A stretch of DNA of 50,345 bases from Gammaproteobacteria bacterium (GTDB taxonomy: Bacteria > Pseudomonadota > Gammaproteobacteria > SURF-13): contig JBDSOT010000132.1 of assembly GCA_039914705.1 (NCBI GenBank), positions 1 through 50,345 of the forward strand, given 5' to 3'. Below the pieces are notes generated by a model. That model was not told the DNA's origin. It searched no databases and saw only the letters and a list, made by a program, of their open reading frames with translations. The position numbers were made by a program, and so were the translations under genes. Positions 16,330 to 26,517 of this stretch are shown here, piece after piece; the first letter of the stretch is position 1, and each line of letters starts with the position of its first letter.

Positions 16330-18267
16330 TCAATCTTCCAGATAGGTGTACCCCGCTAAGCCGGCTTTCAATTCCTCAAAATAAGTGTCGCGCTGTTGCT
16401 TGTTCAACTCCGCGGTTTCAATCTTTTTTCGGAATGCCTCGAGCAGGTCATCGGCATTGAAATGCACATAGTTCAACACTGTTTCTACAGTGTCACCGCG
16501 TAACGGCTGTACCAGACGATAGTGTCCGTCTGCCGTCATCTCAACGTGCACAGAATCCGTATCACCAAACAGATTATGCATATCGCCTAAAATTTCCTGA
16601 TAGGCACCGAGCAAAAAAATTCCCAGTAAATACGGCTCATTTTCAATAATTGGATGCAACAATAAACTGGTCTCCACACCTTCGCTATCCACATATAAAT
16701 CAATGCGCCCATCGGAGTCGCAGGTGATGTCCTGCAAAGTGGCACGCCGGGTAGGCTGTTCATCGAGACGATGCAGCGGCATGATGGGAAATATCTGATC
16801 GATGGCCCAGGAATCCGGCATCGACTGGAAGAGAGAAAAATTGCAAAAATATTTATCCGCAAGTTTTTCATTGAGTTCATTCAATACGTCATGTTGGGAG
16901 CGCGCGCCCAATTGAAGCAATTCACGCACCTGCCAACAAATAGCAGTATAAATTTGTTCAGCGCGCGCACGTTGAGCCAGGTTCAATACTCCATGAGTAA
17001 ACATGATCTGCGCCTCCGACAACCAATGCACAGCATCATGGTAGGCCTCCCTGGCTGAGCGCCCGGAGAGCGTATCGAGACCCCGCCACAAATCCTGAAT
17101 AATACGCGGCTCATCGTCGGTTGCGGCAGAGATTTCTGTGCGGCTAAGCGCCTGTTCACTGTCGATGATGTTCGTAATCAACATGGCATGATGCGCGGTC
17201 ATGGCGCGTCCGGATTCGGTAATAATATCCGGCTGTGGGAGATTTTGATCCATACAGATTTCATACAGTGTATGCACTACATTATTGGCGTATTCCTGCA
17301 CGCTGTAATTCATCGAGCAAAAATTGCGCGAGCGCGTGCCGTCATAATCAACACCTAATCCGCCACCGACATCCACGCAATTTATAGATGCCCCCTGTTT
17401 GCGTAACTCGGCGTAGTAACGTGCACATTCACGCATGCCTAATTGAATATCATGAATATTTGCAATCTGCGATCCCAGATGAAAATGCATTAATTGCAGC
17501 GCATCAAGCAAGTCTGCCTTGCGCAGATGTTCAACCACGCGCAACACCTGCGTTGCGGATAAACCGAATTTTGACTTTTCGCCGCCGGTGTTCTGCCACT
17601 TACCGGCACCGATCGAGGCAAGACGCACGCGCACTCCGATCAGCGGGGTAATTTTCAGCTTGCGTGCCTCTTCTATAATCAATTTCAACTCGCAGAATCG
17701 CTCCACCACAATGTAGACGCGATGTCCCAATTGTTTACCGATCAGCGCAAGACGAATATATTCGCGGTCCTTATAGCCGTTGCATATAACTACGCCCCCT
17801 TGTGAGAGCGTGGTTAACGAGCCAGCCGATGATGGTTGCGACTGCGACAATGCCAGCACGGCCAATAACTCTGGCTTGCTGCCCGCCTCAAGGCCAACAC
17901 GGCCTTCACCGTGTTTGAGTATCTCTTCAATGACGCGGCGCTGCTGATTGACTTTAATCGGATAAACTGCCGTGAAATTACCTTGATATGAATCGTCTTT
18001 CATGGCGTCGGCAAAAGAGCCGCATAGCGTATCCACGCGTTGATGCAGAATATCGGAAAAACGCACCAGCACCGGCAGCGATAGGCCCAGCGCCTTGATC
18101 TGCGCGGAAAGTTCATAGAGATCAATACCCGGCTTGTCAGTTTGGCGGTCGGGGTGTGCTACCAAATGGCCGCAATCATTAACGTCAAAATAACCACCGC
18201 CCCAGTGGGCAATATTGTAAGTATCCCGTGCCTGCTGAATAGTCCAGTCCGCCATGATTGTCTCCAC
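16330..18267 (-). CDS. speA: Biosynthetic arginine decarboxylase
   Basis: 645 aa, collinear with E. coli SpeA (YNIAHWGGGYF, YPIKVNQQRRVIE, GGEKSKFGL, ending AGLAGYTYLED). The start may be ATG 18255 (MADWTI...). Confidence 0.96.
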   Translation of the reverse strand: METIMADWTIQQARDTYNIAHWGGGYFDVNDCGHLVAHPDRQTDKPGIDLYELSAQIKALGLSLPVLVRFSDILHQRVDTLCGSFADAMKDDSYQGNFTAVYPIKVNQQRRVIEEILKHGEGRVGLEAGSKPELLAVLALSQSQPSSAGSLTTLSQGGVVICNGYKDREYIRLALIGKQLGHRVYIVVERFCELKLIIEEARKLKITPLIGVRVRLASIGAGKWQNTGGEKSKFGLSATQVLRVVEHLRKADLLDALQLMHFHLGSQIANIHDIQLGMRECARYYAELRKQGASINCVDVGGGLGVDYDGTRSRNFCSMNYSVQEYANNVVHTLYEICMDQNLPQPDIITESGRAMTAHHAMLITNIIDSEQALSRTEISAATDDEPRIIQDLWRGLDTLSGRSAREAYHDAVHWLSEAQIMFTHGVLNLAQRARAEQIYTAICWQVRELLQLGARSQHDVLNELNEKLADKYFCNFSLFQSMPDSWAIDQIFPIMPLHRLDEQPTRRATLQDITCDSDGRIDLYVDSEGVETSLLLHPIIENEPYLLGIFLLGAYQEILGDMHNLFGDTDSVHVEMTADGHYRLVQPLRGDTVETVLNYVHFNADDLLEAFRKKIETAELNKQQRDTYFEELKAGLAGYTYLED

Positions 18268-18364
18268 TAATCTTGATGATAGTAATTTTCAAATCGGCAT
18301 AACTTGCCAACAATATTTTGCTATTATCGCGCGTCTGCGAACCTTAACCCAACAGGAATCTCAT

Positions 18365-19219
18365 ATGGCGCTCAATAATGATTGGTACACCGAAGAATGG
18401 GCCGGGCAAGGGTCGGCTATTTCTTTAAAAACCGTAAAGAAACTGCATGATGAACAGTCTGCCTACCAACGCATCGAGATTTATGAAACGGAAGGCTTCG
18501 GGACGCTGATGACACTGGATGGCCTGGTAATGGTCACCAGCCGCGATAATTTTATTTATCATGAAATGATGTCCCATCCTGCGCTGTTTACGCACCCCGA
18601 TCCGAAACAGGTGCTTATTATCGGCGGTGGTGATTGCGGCACGCTGCGCGAGGTGCTCAAGCACCCGGAGGTGGCGCAGGTTTGTCAGGTCGAACTGGAT
18701 GAACGCGTGACGCGCGTGGCTGAACAATTTTTCCCCGAACTGTGCGCCTCGAATGACGATCCGCGTGCCACGCTGAAGTTTGACGACGGCATTGAATGGG
18801 TAGCAAAGGCAGCCGCACAAAGCTATGACGTTATCATCGTAGACGGTACCGATCCCATCGGCCCGGCGGCGGGGTTATTCTCCGAAGCCTTTTATAAAAA
18901 TTGCTGGCGCGCTTTGAAGGCGGGCGGGGTCATCGTGGGCCAGAGCGAATCGCCTTTATTTCATGCGAAGCTGATCGTTGCGATGCATGAGGCATTAAAG
19001 GGTGCCCGATTTGCGGATGTGCGCACCATGAATTTCCCGCAATGCACTTATCCTTCAGGCTGGTGGAGCGCCACGCTTGCCCGTAAAGATGGCTCGGCAT
19101 CACAGTTCCGCGAACAGGTCGCAACTGAAAAATCTTTCAGCACGCATTATTACAATCGCACGATTCATCAAGCGTCAATGGCATTGCCCGAGTTTCTGGC
19201 GAGGCAACTGATTCGTTAG
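18365..19219 (+). CDS. speE: Spermidine synthase (polyamine aminopropyltransferase)
   Basis: Homology begins at MALNNDWYTEEW (ATG 18365, AGGAA SD). IIGGGDCGTLREVLKH and VDGTDPIGPA motifs. Confidence 0.92.
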   Translation: MALNNDWYTEEWAGQGSAISLKTVKKLHDEQSAYQRIEIYETEGFGTLMTLDGLVMVTSRDNFIYHEMMSHPALFTHPDPKQVLIIGGGDCGTLREVLKHPEVAQVCQVELDERVTRVAEQFFPELCASNDDPRATLKFDDGIEWVAKAAAQSYDVIIVDGTDPIGPAAGLFSEAFYKNCWRALKAGGVIVGQSESPLFHAKLIVAMHEALKGARFADVRTMNFPQCTYPSGWWSATLARKDGSASQFREQVATEKSFSTHYYNRTIHQASMALPEFLARQLIR

Positions 19220-19266
19220 CACCTACCCGTAAGCTGGACATCAGGTATAGGACAACCTGGCAGGCT

Positions 19267-19341
19267 GTCCGAGGCTCTGCACCTTATGCAGATGCGACTC
19301 AACCTGCAAGGGATTAGCCGCATCTGCATTTAACCTCGGAC
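19267..19341. terminator. Nested hairpin between convergent speE and paralogue B
   Basis: Outer stem GTCCGAGG (19267-19274) / CCTCGGAC (19334-19341). Inner stem ATGCAGATGCG (19286-19296) / CGCATCTGCAT (19319-19329). Confidence 0.45.
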
Positions 19342-19437
19342 GGATGTATCTAAACGATGTGAGACATTACCTTAGTGAACAGGACTGCTGAGATAGTGGT
19401 CCGTGGTCTGGACTCAAGTAATGGCTGCTAGATGCTA

Positions 19438-20475
19438 TTAACGAAGGGCACTCCCCGTAGGTGCTCCGACACGGCGCACTAAGGGAATGACCTGATTCAC
19501 AAAGTAGGGCTTACGCTGCTCCCAGGAAAGATGAGTAACACGGAGCGTGCGATTGGCAAAATCCAGAATTTCCGGCACAGTGGGGATACGGCCCGTTTGT
19601 GGATTCGGCTTACTGTAGTCTTCCCATTGCACGGCCGGAGCTAACGGCATACTGCCTGCATATTGAGCATACGATGGGTATACGGGTTCTGTCCCGCCCA
19701 CGTGCACATCCGGCCCCCCTACACCCATGCCAATATTGAAGGCATGCTGCATAAATCCCTTGAGCTTGGCCACGCCGTCCGCTCCATTAGCGCCCGAAAA
19801 ATAGTTGATGTATTGAATGCACATCGTATTCGGAAAGGCCGCCTTCAGGCCGGACATAATTCGTTTCTGACCAATAAAACCCTTCTCCGCAGTGTAATTG
19901 GCGCGCACGGCCTCGGCCCCGTAAAGATTACCGTTGGCCGTCTCATCCAGAACGATGCCTTCAACATAGGGTTCTTTATCAAACCGTGCACCTAAGGCCT
20001 TAAATAAGGCGATTTGCCTGTCTTGCACACGTGTGTTCCAGCGCTTAGTTACTAATACCGTACCATGCGTAGGTACAAAAACCCCTCCCTCAAATTCAGG
20101 AGTGAGGACATAACCCGGCAAGTGGCTGGCACGCGCTGGGCTTTCATCTCTTCCGTTGTCGGTAATTTCGATAATCAGCCTCTTGGGTGTGGGCATACTT
20201 TGTACATACTTTAAATCCGCTTCGATGGCCGAAAAATTATAAACACCGCGGCTCGGCTCTAAACTTTTCCAGGGGTAGCGTCTTTGCACACCCACAAACA
20301 ATGGTTCATTTTTAATAAGATCAAATTCACGGTGCGGATACGTGAGTGTGAAGTGAACTAACATGTAATGCCCGGGGTGATATTTCGCCGGAAATGCCGC
20401 TTGGGCGGGAATGCTTACTGCTGTTGCTACTATTAATCCGAGAGTTAATGACAGAATTCGGGAAATGTTTCGCAT
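19438..20475 (-). CDS. Secreted protein of unknown function, paralogue B (no linker/tail)
   Basis: First 29 residues identical to paralogue A. The body is collinear but diverged. Start at ATG 20475, preceded by GGAGG. Confidence 0.75.
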   Translation of the reverse strand: MRNISRILSLTLGLIVATAVSIPAQAAFPAKYHPGHYMLVHFTLTYPHREFDLIKNEPLFVGVQRRYPWKSLEPSRGVYNFSAIEADLKYVQSMPTPKRLIIEITDNGRDESPARASHLPGYVLTPEFEGGVFVPTHGTVLVTKRWNTRVQDRQIALFKALGARFDKEPYVEGIVLDETANGNLYGAEAVRANYTAEKGFIGQKRIMSGLKAAFPNTMCIQYINYFSGANGADGVAKLKGFMQHAFNIGMGVGGPDVHVGGTEPVYPSYAQYAGSMPLAPAVQWEDYSKPNPQTGRIPTVPEILDFANRTLRVTHLSWEQRKPYFVNQVIPLVRRVGAPTGSALR

Positions 20476-20625
20476 GAAGCCTCCAAACAAATGCACGACA
20501 AGAAGTGCCCTGCTTCATGTGTGATAAGGCAGGATGCATGCCATGCAAGTATTTTAGGAGGCTTCGAAGAAACTACTTTAAGTAAGGGGAGAGATTAAAT
20601 CTAGGTATAGGGGTAATTTACGGGA

Positions 20626-20633
20626 ATTTTATA
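20626..20633 (-). promoter_or_regulatory. Candidate -10 box (TATAAAAT) of paralogue B
   Basis: Same conserved string and same distance to the ATG as in copy A. Confidence 0.3.
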
Positions 20634-20904
20634 GAAACCACTTTTTTATTTCATTTTTCTTTCATAAATTTTCATGTCTCAATAAATTGTTTTTAACGAA
20701 CGCTGAGGTTCACAAAGTGACATTTATAGGGTCAACGAAGGTGTCATTAAGTGACTCTTATGGTCGACTGTTATCATTATTGATTTAAATTTAATAATAT
20801 TGGACCATCTTGGGCCATAGGTGAAATGAAGCGATATTAGAAAATATTCGCAGGTGAATTTGAAGTGACGCTCTATCTACATCACGTAAATTTCACGTTC
20901 AACT

Positions 20905-22029
20905 TTAGACCAAAATCAGATTGTCGCGGTGGATCAGTTCCGGTTCGTCGATATAGCCGAGCAATTCTTCTATCTTATCGCTCGGTTGGCGCATAATCGT
21001 GCGTGCCTCGCTTACACTGTAATTTACCAGTCCACGCGCAATTTCCTTGCCTGCAGCATCAACGCAGGCCACCATCTCGCCGCGCATAAAATCGCCCTCC
21101 ACCGCGACAACTCCCACGGACAACAAGCTGCGGCCTGACTCGCAAAGAACTTTGACGGCACCCGCGTCCAGCACCAGACGGCCACGCAGCTGTAAGTGTC
21201 CTGCCAACCAGCGCTTGCGCGCCGCCAGTGGCTGCTGCATCGGCAACAATAAGGTGCCTAAAACTTCGCCATCGGCGATGCGTTCAATAATGCGCGGTTC
21301 GCGCCCCGAGGCGATAATGGTGGCGGCACCGGATCGCGCGGCGCGTGTCGCCGCCTGCACCTTGGTTAACATACCACCCCGGCCTAATGCCCCCGAGCCA
21401 GCGCCCGCCATCAACTCTATTTGCATATCCCCCGCATCGGCCTCGTGAATCAGGCTGGCATCCGGATTCAACCGCGGATCACTTTCGAACAGACCAGCCT
21501 GATCGGTAAGAATGACCAATAATTCTGCCTCGACCAGATTGGCGACCAGCGCCGCCAGCGTGTCGTTATCACCCACGCGGATTTCGTCCGTAGCGACGGT
21601 GTCATTTTCGTTAATGACCGGAACTACACCCAACTTCAACAGTGTGCGCAATGTGCTACGCGCATTCAGATAACGCTTGCGGTTCGACAAATCATCGTGC
21701 GTCAATAATATCTGCGCGGTGTGAATCCCGTGGCTCTGAAAATGTGATTCGTAAATTTGTATCAGCCCCATTTGTCCGACTGCCGCCGCCGCCTGCAATT
21801 CATGCACGGCACTCGGACGCTGTGTCCAGCCCAGGCGCTTCATGCCCTCGGCAACCGCGCCCGATGATACCAGCACCAGTTCAACGCCACTTTGACGTAA
21901 GCGTATCATCTGATCGACCCATCCTTTGATAGCGCCGGTATCGAGGCCGCGTCCATCATCAGTCAATAAGGCGCTGCCGATCTTGATAACCCAGCGGCGC
22001 GATTTTCCAAGGCGTTGTCGATTAGTCAT
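20905..22029 (-). CDS. proB: Glutamate 5-kinase (with PUA domain)
   Basis: 374 aa, [13 protein letters not shown]..., downstream of obg as in many proteobacteria. Confidence 0.95.
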   Translation of the reverse strand: MTNRQRLGKSRRWVIKIGSALLTDDGRGLDTGAIKGWVDQMIRLRQSGVELVLVSSGAVAEGMKRLGWTQRPSAVHELQAAAAVGQMGLIQIYESHFQSHGIHTAQILLTHDDLSNRKRYLNARSTLRTLLKLGVVPVINENDTVATDEIRVGDNDTLAALVANLVEAELLVILTDQAGLFESDPRLNPDASLIHEADAGDMQIELMAGAGSGALGRGGMLTKVQAATRAARSGAATIIASGREPRIIERIADGEVLGTLLLPMQQPLAARKRWLAGHLQLRGRLVLDAGAVKVLCESGRSLLSVGVVAVEGDFMRGEMVACVDAAGKEIARGLVNYSVSEARTIMRQPSDKIEELLGYIDEPELIHRDNLILV

Positions 22030-22092
22030 AAAGATAAATTATAAATAACAGGTTGCCACTAGCAGGAAAAACTTTCACCTGCCGCGGTTTTA

Positions 22093-23190
<1,098 letters not shown>

Positions 23191-23295
23191 TTATAGGTAA
23201 GGACGCAAACAGGCGCGGCCGGATAGAACAGAAGGATTGTCGGATCAGATCGGTCTGCTTTGAGCCGTGTATAACGCCCTATAACCGGTAGTTTT

Positions 23296-23326
23296 TGTGA
23301 CAAATAAAAAGCAGCCGAGGCTGCTT
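23296..23326 (-). terminator. Intrinsic terminator downstream of adk
   Basis: Minus-strand AAGCAGCC-TC-GGCTGCTT followed by TTTTATTTGT. Confidence 0.6.
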
Positions 23327-23409
23327 CCCACACAACAGGTTGTTAGGTTATTCCGGCAGGGCCAGTTTACCGCCAGCAGTAAACCGGCCCCCTGGAAGGT
23401 TACAAACAA

Positions 23410-24582
23410 CTACTTCTTGGCTTTTGCAGCAGACTTCTTCGAAGCTGCTTTCTTTGCAGCCGGCTTTTTAGCCGCCTTCTTAGGAGCTGCCTTCTTTGCG
23501 ACTACCTTTTTAGCCGCCTTTTTGGGTGCTGCCTTCTTGGCTACTGCCTTTTTAGCAGCCGGTTTCTTGACGGCTACTTTCTTTGGCGCAGCCTTCTTTA
23601 CAGCGGCCTTTTTCGGTGCAGCCTTTTTGGCTGCCGGTTTTTTGGGTGCTGCCTTAGCAGCAAGACTCTTGGTTGCCATTTTCTTCGGTACCTCCTTCTT
23701 TGTGGTTGCCTTCTTTGCGGTTGCATGCTTCAGTGGTGCCTTTTTAGCGGGCGCCTTTTTGGTTGTTACCTTCCGTGGAGTCACAGCGACTGCGGGGGGA
23801 GCTGGTTTTGCAATTTTTTTCTTAACCTCAATTTTTTTCTTCACCTCAATGGGTTCGGACCTTTTAGTCACCTTGCCGACAGCAACTGGACTGGGTGGGG
23901 ATATTTTCTCTGCGGTGATCGGAGTTTTATTATTGACAATCTCATCGGTGACCTTACGCATCGCCTGAAAAATATCAGCGATTTCTCCTACGCCCTGAAC
24001 CGTGCGCAGTTTATTCTGGCTACGGTAGTAGGTGATTAACGGCGCAGTCTGGGATTCATAAATGCGCAATCGGCTGCCAATGGTTTCTTCATTGTCATCG
24101 GCGCGATGACGCAGATTGCCACCGCATTTATCGCACTTATCGTCGAGTTTTGAAGGGGACGTATAGACGTTATACATTTGGCCACATGAAGCACATGTAC
24201 GGCGGCCGGTGAGGCGCTGCATCAAAATATCGAAATCAACATCTATAAGAATACCGGCCTGAATCGGCTGACTCAACTTACCTAACATTCCGTCAAGCGC
24301 CTCGGCCTGTTGAAGATTACGCGGAAATCCATCAAGGATAAAACCCTTCCTGGCATCAGGCGCGGCAAGCCGCTCTTCGATCATGCCCAGCACAATTTCA
24401 TCGGAAACCAACTGACCGGCATCCATCGCAGCCCTGGCTTGCTTGCCCAGAGGACTCGCAGCAGCTACGGCAGCCCGCAATAGATCTCCAGTGGACACCT
24501 GTGGGACCTTATATCTCTCAGCTAATAACTTAGCCTGCGTACCTTTTCCTGAGCCAGGGGCTCCGAGCAAAATAATTCTCAT
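23410..24582 (-). CDS. adk: Adenylate kinase fused to a C-terminal Lys/Ala/Pro-rich histone-H1-like tail
   Basis: MRIILLGAPGSGKGTQ P-loop, Zn-type LID CASCG...CDKCGG, then about 170-190 in-frame codons of KKAAP/AAKK repeats. Start set at ATG 24582 (AAGGG SD). The ORF is open to ATG 24666 (28 extra residues, no SD). Confidence 0.85.
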   Translation of the reverse strand: MRIILLGAPGSGKGTQAKLLAERYKVPQVSTGDLLRAAVAAASPLGKQARAAMDAGQLVSDEIVLGMIEERLAAPDARKGFILDGFPRNLQQAEALDGMLGKLSQPIQAGILIDVDFDILMQRLTGRRTCASCGQMYNVYTSPSKLDDKCDKCGGNLRHRADDNEETIGSRLRIYESQTAPLITYYRSQNKLRTVQGVGEIADIFQAMRKVTDEIVNNKTPITAEKISPPSPVAVGKVTKRSEPIEVKKKIEVKKKIAKPAPPAVAVTPRKVTTKKAPAKKAPLKHATAKKATTKKEVPKKMATKSLAAKAAPKKPAAKKAAPKKAAVKKAAPKKVAVKKPAAKKAVAKKAAPKKAAKKVVAKKAAPKKAAKKPAAKKAASKKSAAKAKK

Positions 24583-25014
24583 GCGACCCTTATCTTCCGT
24601 TGCGGCGTTCGTTGTTTGATTTTTATCACCATATTTTTCTAATTTCTTAATGAGCCTTGAAGCCATTTTTTACCGGCCGCATTCGCGCCACGCGTTAAGC
24701 TACTCTGAGATTAATGTATAAGTCAACTTATCTCTATGAAAATTTTTTAAATTTAGAGTATCCTTGCCTAAATTTTTTGGCCTGATGTTCGGTCATACAC
24801 CTCTGAGAAAATAATAATATGCCTACTGCGATGTTAAAAAATTGCCACTGCAAACTTTCGATTCCGGAAATCTGCAATGTCACAACTCAGATTCATCCGG
24901 CTGTCGCTAATAAAAATTCGGCCGGCGCACATTACTGCAATCCTGAAAACAGCAAGCCGAACTTTCCAATGTCCGGCCTATTTAATCCCTCCTAATATCA
25001 TTCCCGAGAACCGC

Positions 25015-26283
25015 ATGCCGAAAAAAAATGCATTCTATGCCCAATCCGGCGGTGTTACATCCGTCATCAACGCATCAGCCTGCGGCGTAATCGAGACCGC
25101 TCGCAAACATAAAGACAAGATCGGCAAGGTCTACGCTGGGCGCAACGGTATTATTGGCGCACTGCTGGAAGACTTAATTGATACTAGCAAAGAACCTGCC
25201 AAGAATATTGCCGCACTGCGCCATACACCGGCCGGGGCCTTCGGATCTTGCCGCTATAAGCTCAAAGGCCTGGAACAAAACCGCGCCGAGTATGAGCGTT
25301 TGATCCAGGTATTCAAGGCGCACAACATCGGCTACTTCTTTTACAACGGCGGCGGCGACTCGCAGGACACCACGCATAAGATCTCGCAGATCGGTGAACT
25401 GCTGGGTTACCCCATCATCTGCGTCGGCGTGCCCAAGACCGTGGATAACGACCTGCCCATTACGGATTGTTGCCCGGGTTTCGGCTCAGTGGCCAAGTAT
25501 GTCGCGGTGTCGATACGCGAGGCCGGGTTCGATGTCGCCTCTATGGCGAAGACCTCAACCAAGATTTTTGTGATGGAGGTCATGGGACGTCATGCTGGCT
25601 GGATTACCGCCGCAGGCGGACTCGCCGCCGAGAAGGACGGCGACGCACCGCACATCCTTTTATTTCCCGAACTGGTATTCGACGAGCAAAAATTTCTCGC
25701 GCGCGTGGATAAGACTGTCAAGAAATATGGCTACTGCGCAATTGTGGTCTCGGAGGGCGTCAAGAATAAAGAGGGCAAGTTCCTCGCCGAGGCCGGTGGT
25801 GTGGATGCCTTCGGTCATGCTCAACTGGGCGGTGTCGCACCGGTGGTGGCGCAACTCATCAAGAATCAACTCGGCTATAAGTATCACTGGGCTGTGGCTG
25901 ATTACCTGCAGCGCGCCGCGCGCCATATTGCCTCCAGGACCGATGTTGAACAGGCCTATGCACTGGGCAAGGCGGCTGTTGAGTTAGCCTTGCAGGGCAA
26001 AAATGCCGTCATGCCGACGATTGTACGAAAATCCGATCAGCCTTACCGCTGGACTATCGGCCATGCCAATCTGGCAGACGTGGCCAACGTCGAGAAGAAA
26101 ATGCCACGCGATTTTATTACTAAGGATGGCTTTGGTATTACCCAAAAGTGCCGCCGCTACTTGCAGCCGCTGATCGCAGGCGAAGATTACCCACCTTATA
26201 AAAATGGCCTGCCTGTGTATGTCACCCTGAAAAATGTAGCAGTGCCGAAACGGCTGAAAGATAAATTCGAGATGAAAAAATAG
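25015..26283 (+). CDS. pfp: Pyrophosphate-dependent 6-phosphofructokinase (PFK-A family)
   Basis: MPKKNAFYAQSGGVTSVINASACGV..., GVPKTVDNDL, VMEVMGRHAGW. Start at ATG 25015, where the homology begins. Confidence 0.88.
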   Translation: MPKKNAFYAQSGGVTSVINASACGVIETARKHKDKIGKVYAGRNGIIGALLEDLIDTSKEPAKNIAALRHTPAGAFGSCRYKLKGLEQNRAEYERLIQVFKAHNIGYFFYNGGGDSQDTTHKISQIGELLGYPIICVGVPKTVDNDLPITDCCPGFGSVAKYVAVSIREAGFDVASMAKTSTKIFVMEVMGRHAGWITAAGGLAAEKDGDAPHILLFPELVFDEQKFLARVDKTVKKYGYCAIVVSEGVKNKEGKFLAEAGGVDAFGHAQLGGVAPVVAQLIKNQLGYKYHWAVADYLQRAARHIASRTDVEQAYALGKAAVELALQGKNAVMPTIVRKSDQPYRWTIGHANLADVANVEKKMPRDFITKDGFGITQKCRRYLQPLIAGEDYPPYKNGLPVYVTLKNVAVPKRLKDKFEMKK

Positions 26284-26517
26284 TCGTATGAGTTATAGCG
26301 CTTTACTTGGTCCTACTCGATTAGGGATACTTAAAGGCGATACCGATGTAAGTAGTAGCTTGATAATAAGAGATCGGTACTGGGGCATTCCGGCAAAAAT
26401 AAGGCAGTCATCACCAGGCAGCCGCACGCGGCGAACATCTCTTATGATTTACCGGCCCTTCATGGGTGATAAAAGTAAGTTTCACTAAACTAACTATTCA
26501 ATAGTGGAGGGTGTGTG

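Noticed and set aside
23297-23968. 223-aa plus-strand ORF rich in F/A/G/L (FFAAGFLAAFLGAAFF...), looking like a polytopic membrane protein
   Set aside because: It is the mirror image of the AAG/GCN repeat codons of the adk tail on the opposite strand. It has no SD, a low-complexity composition, and coincides exactly with the repeat tract.
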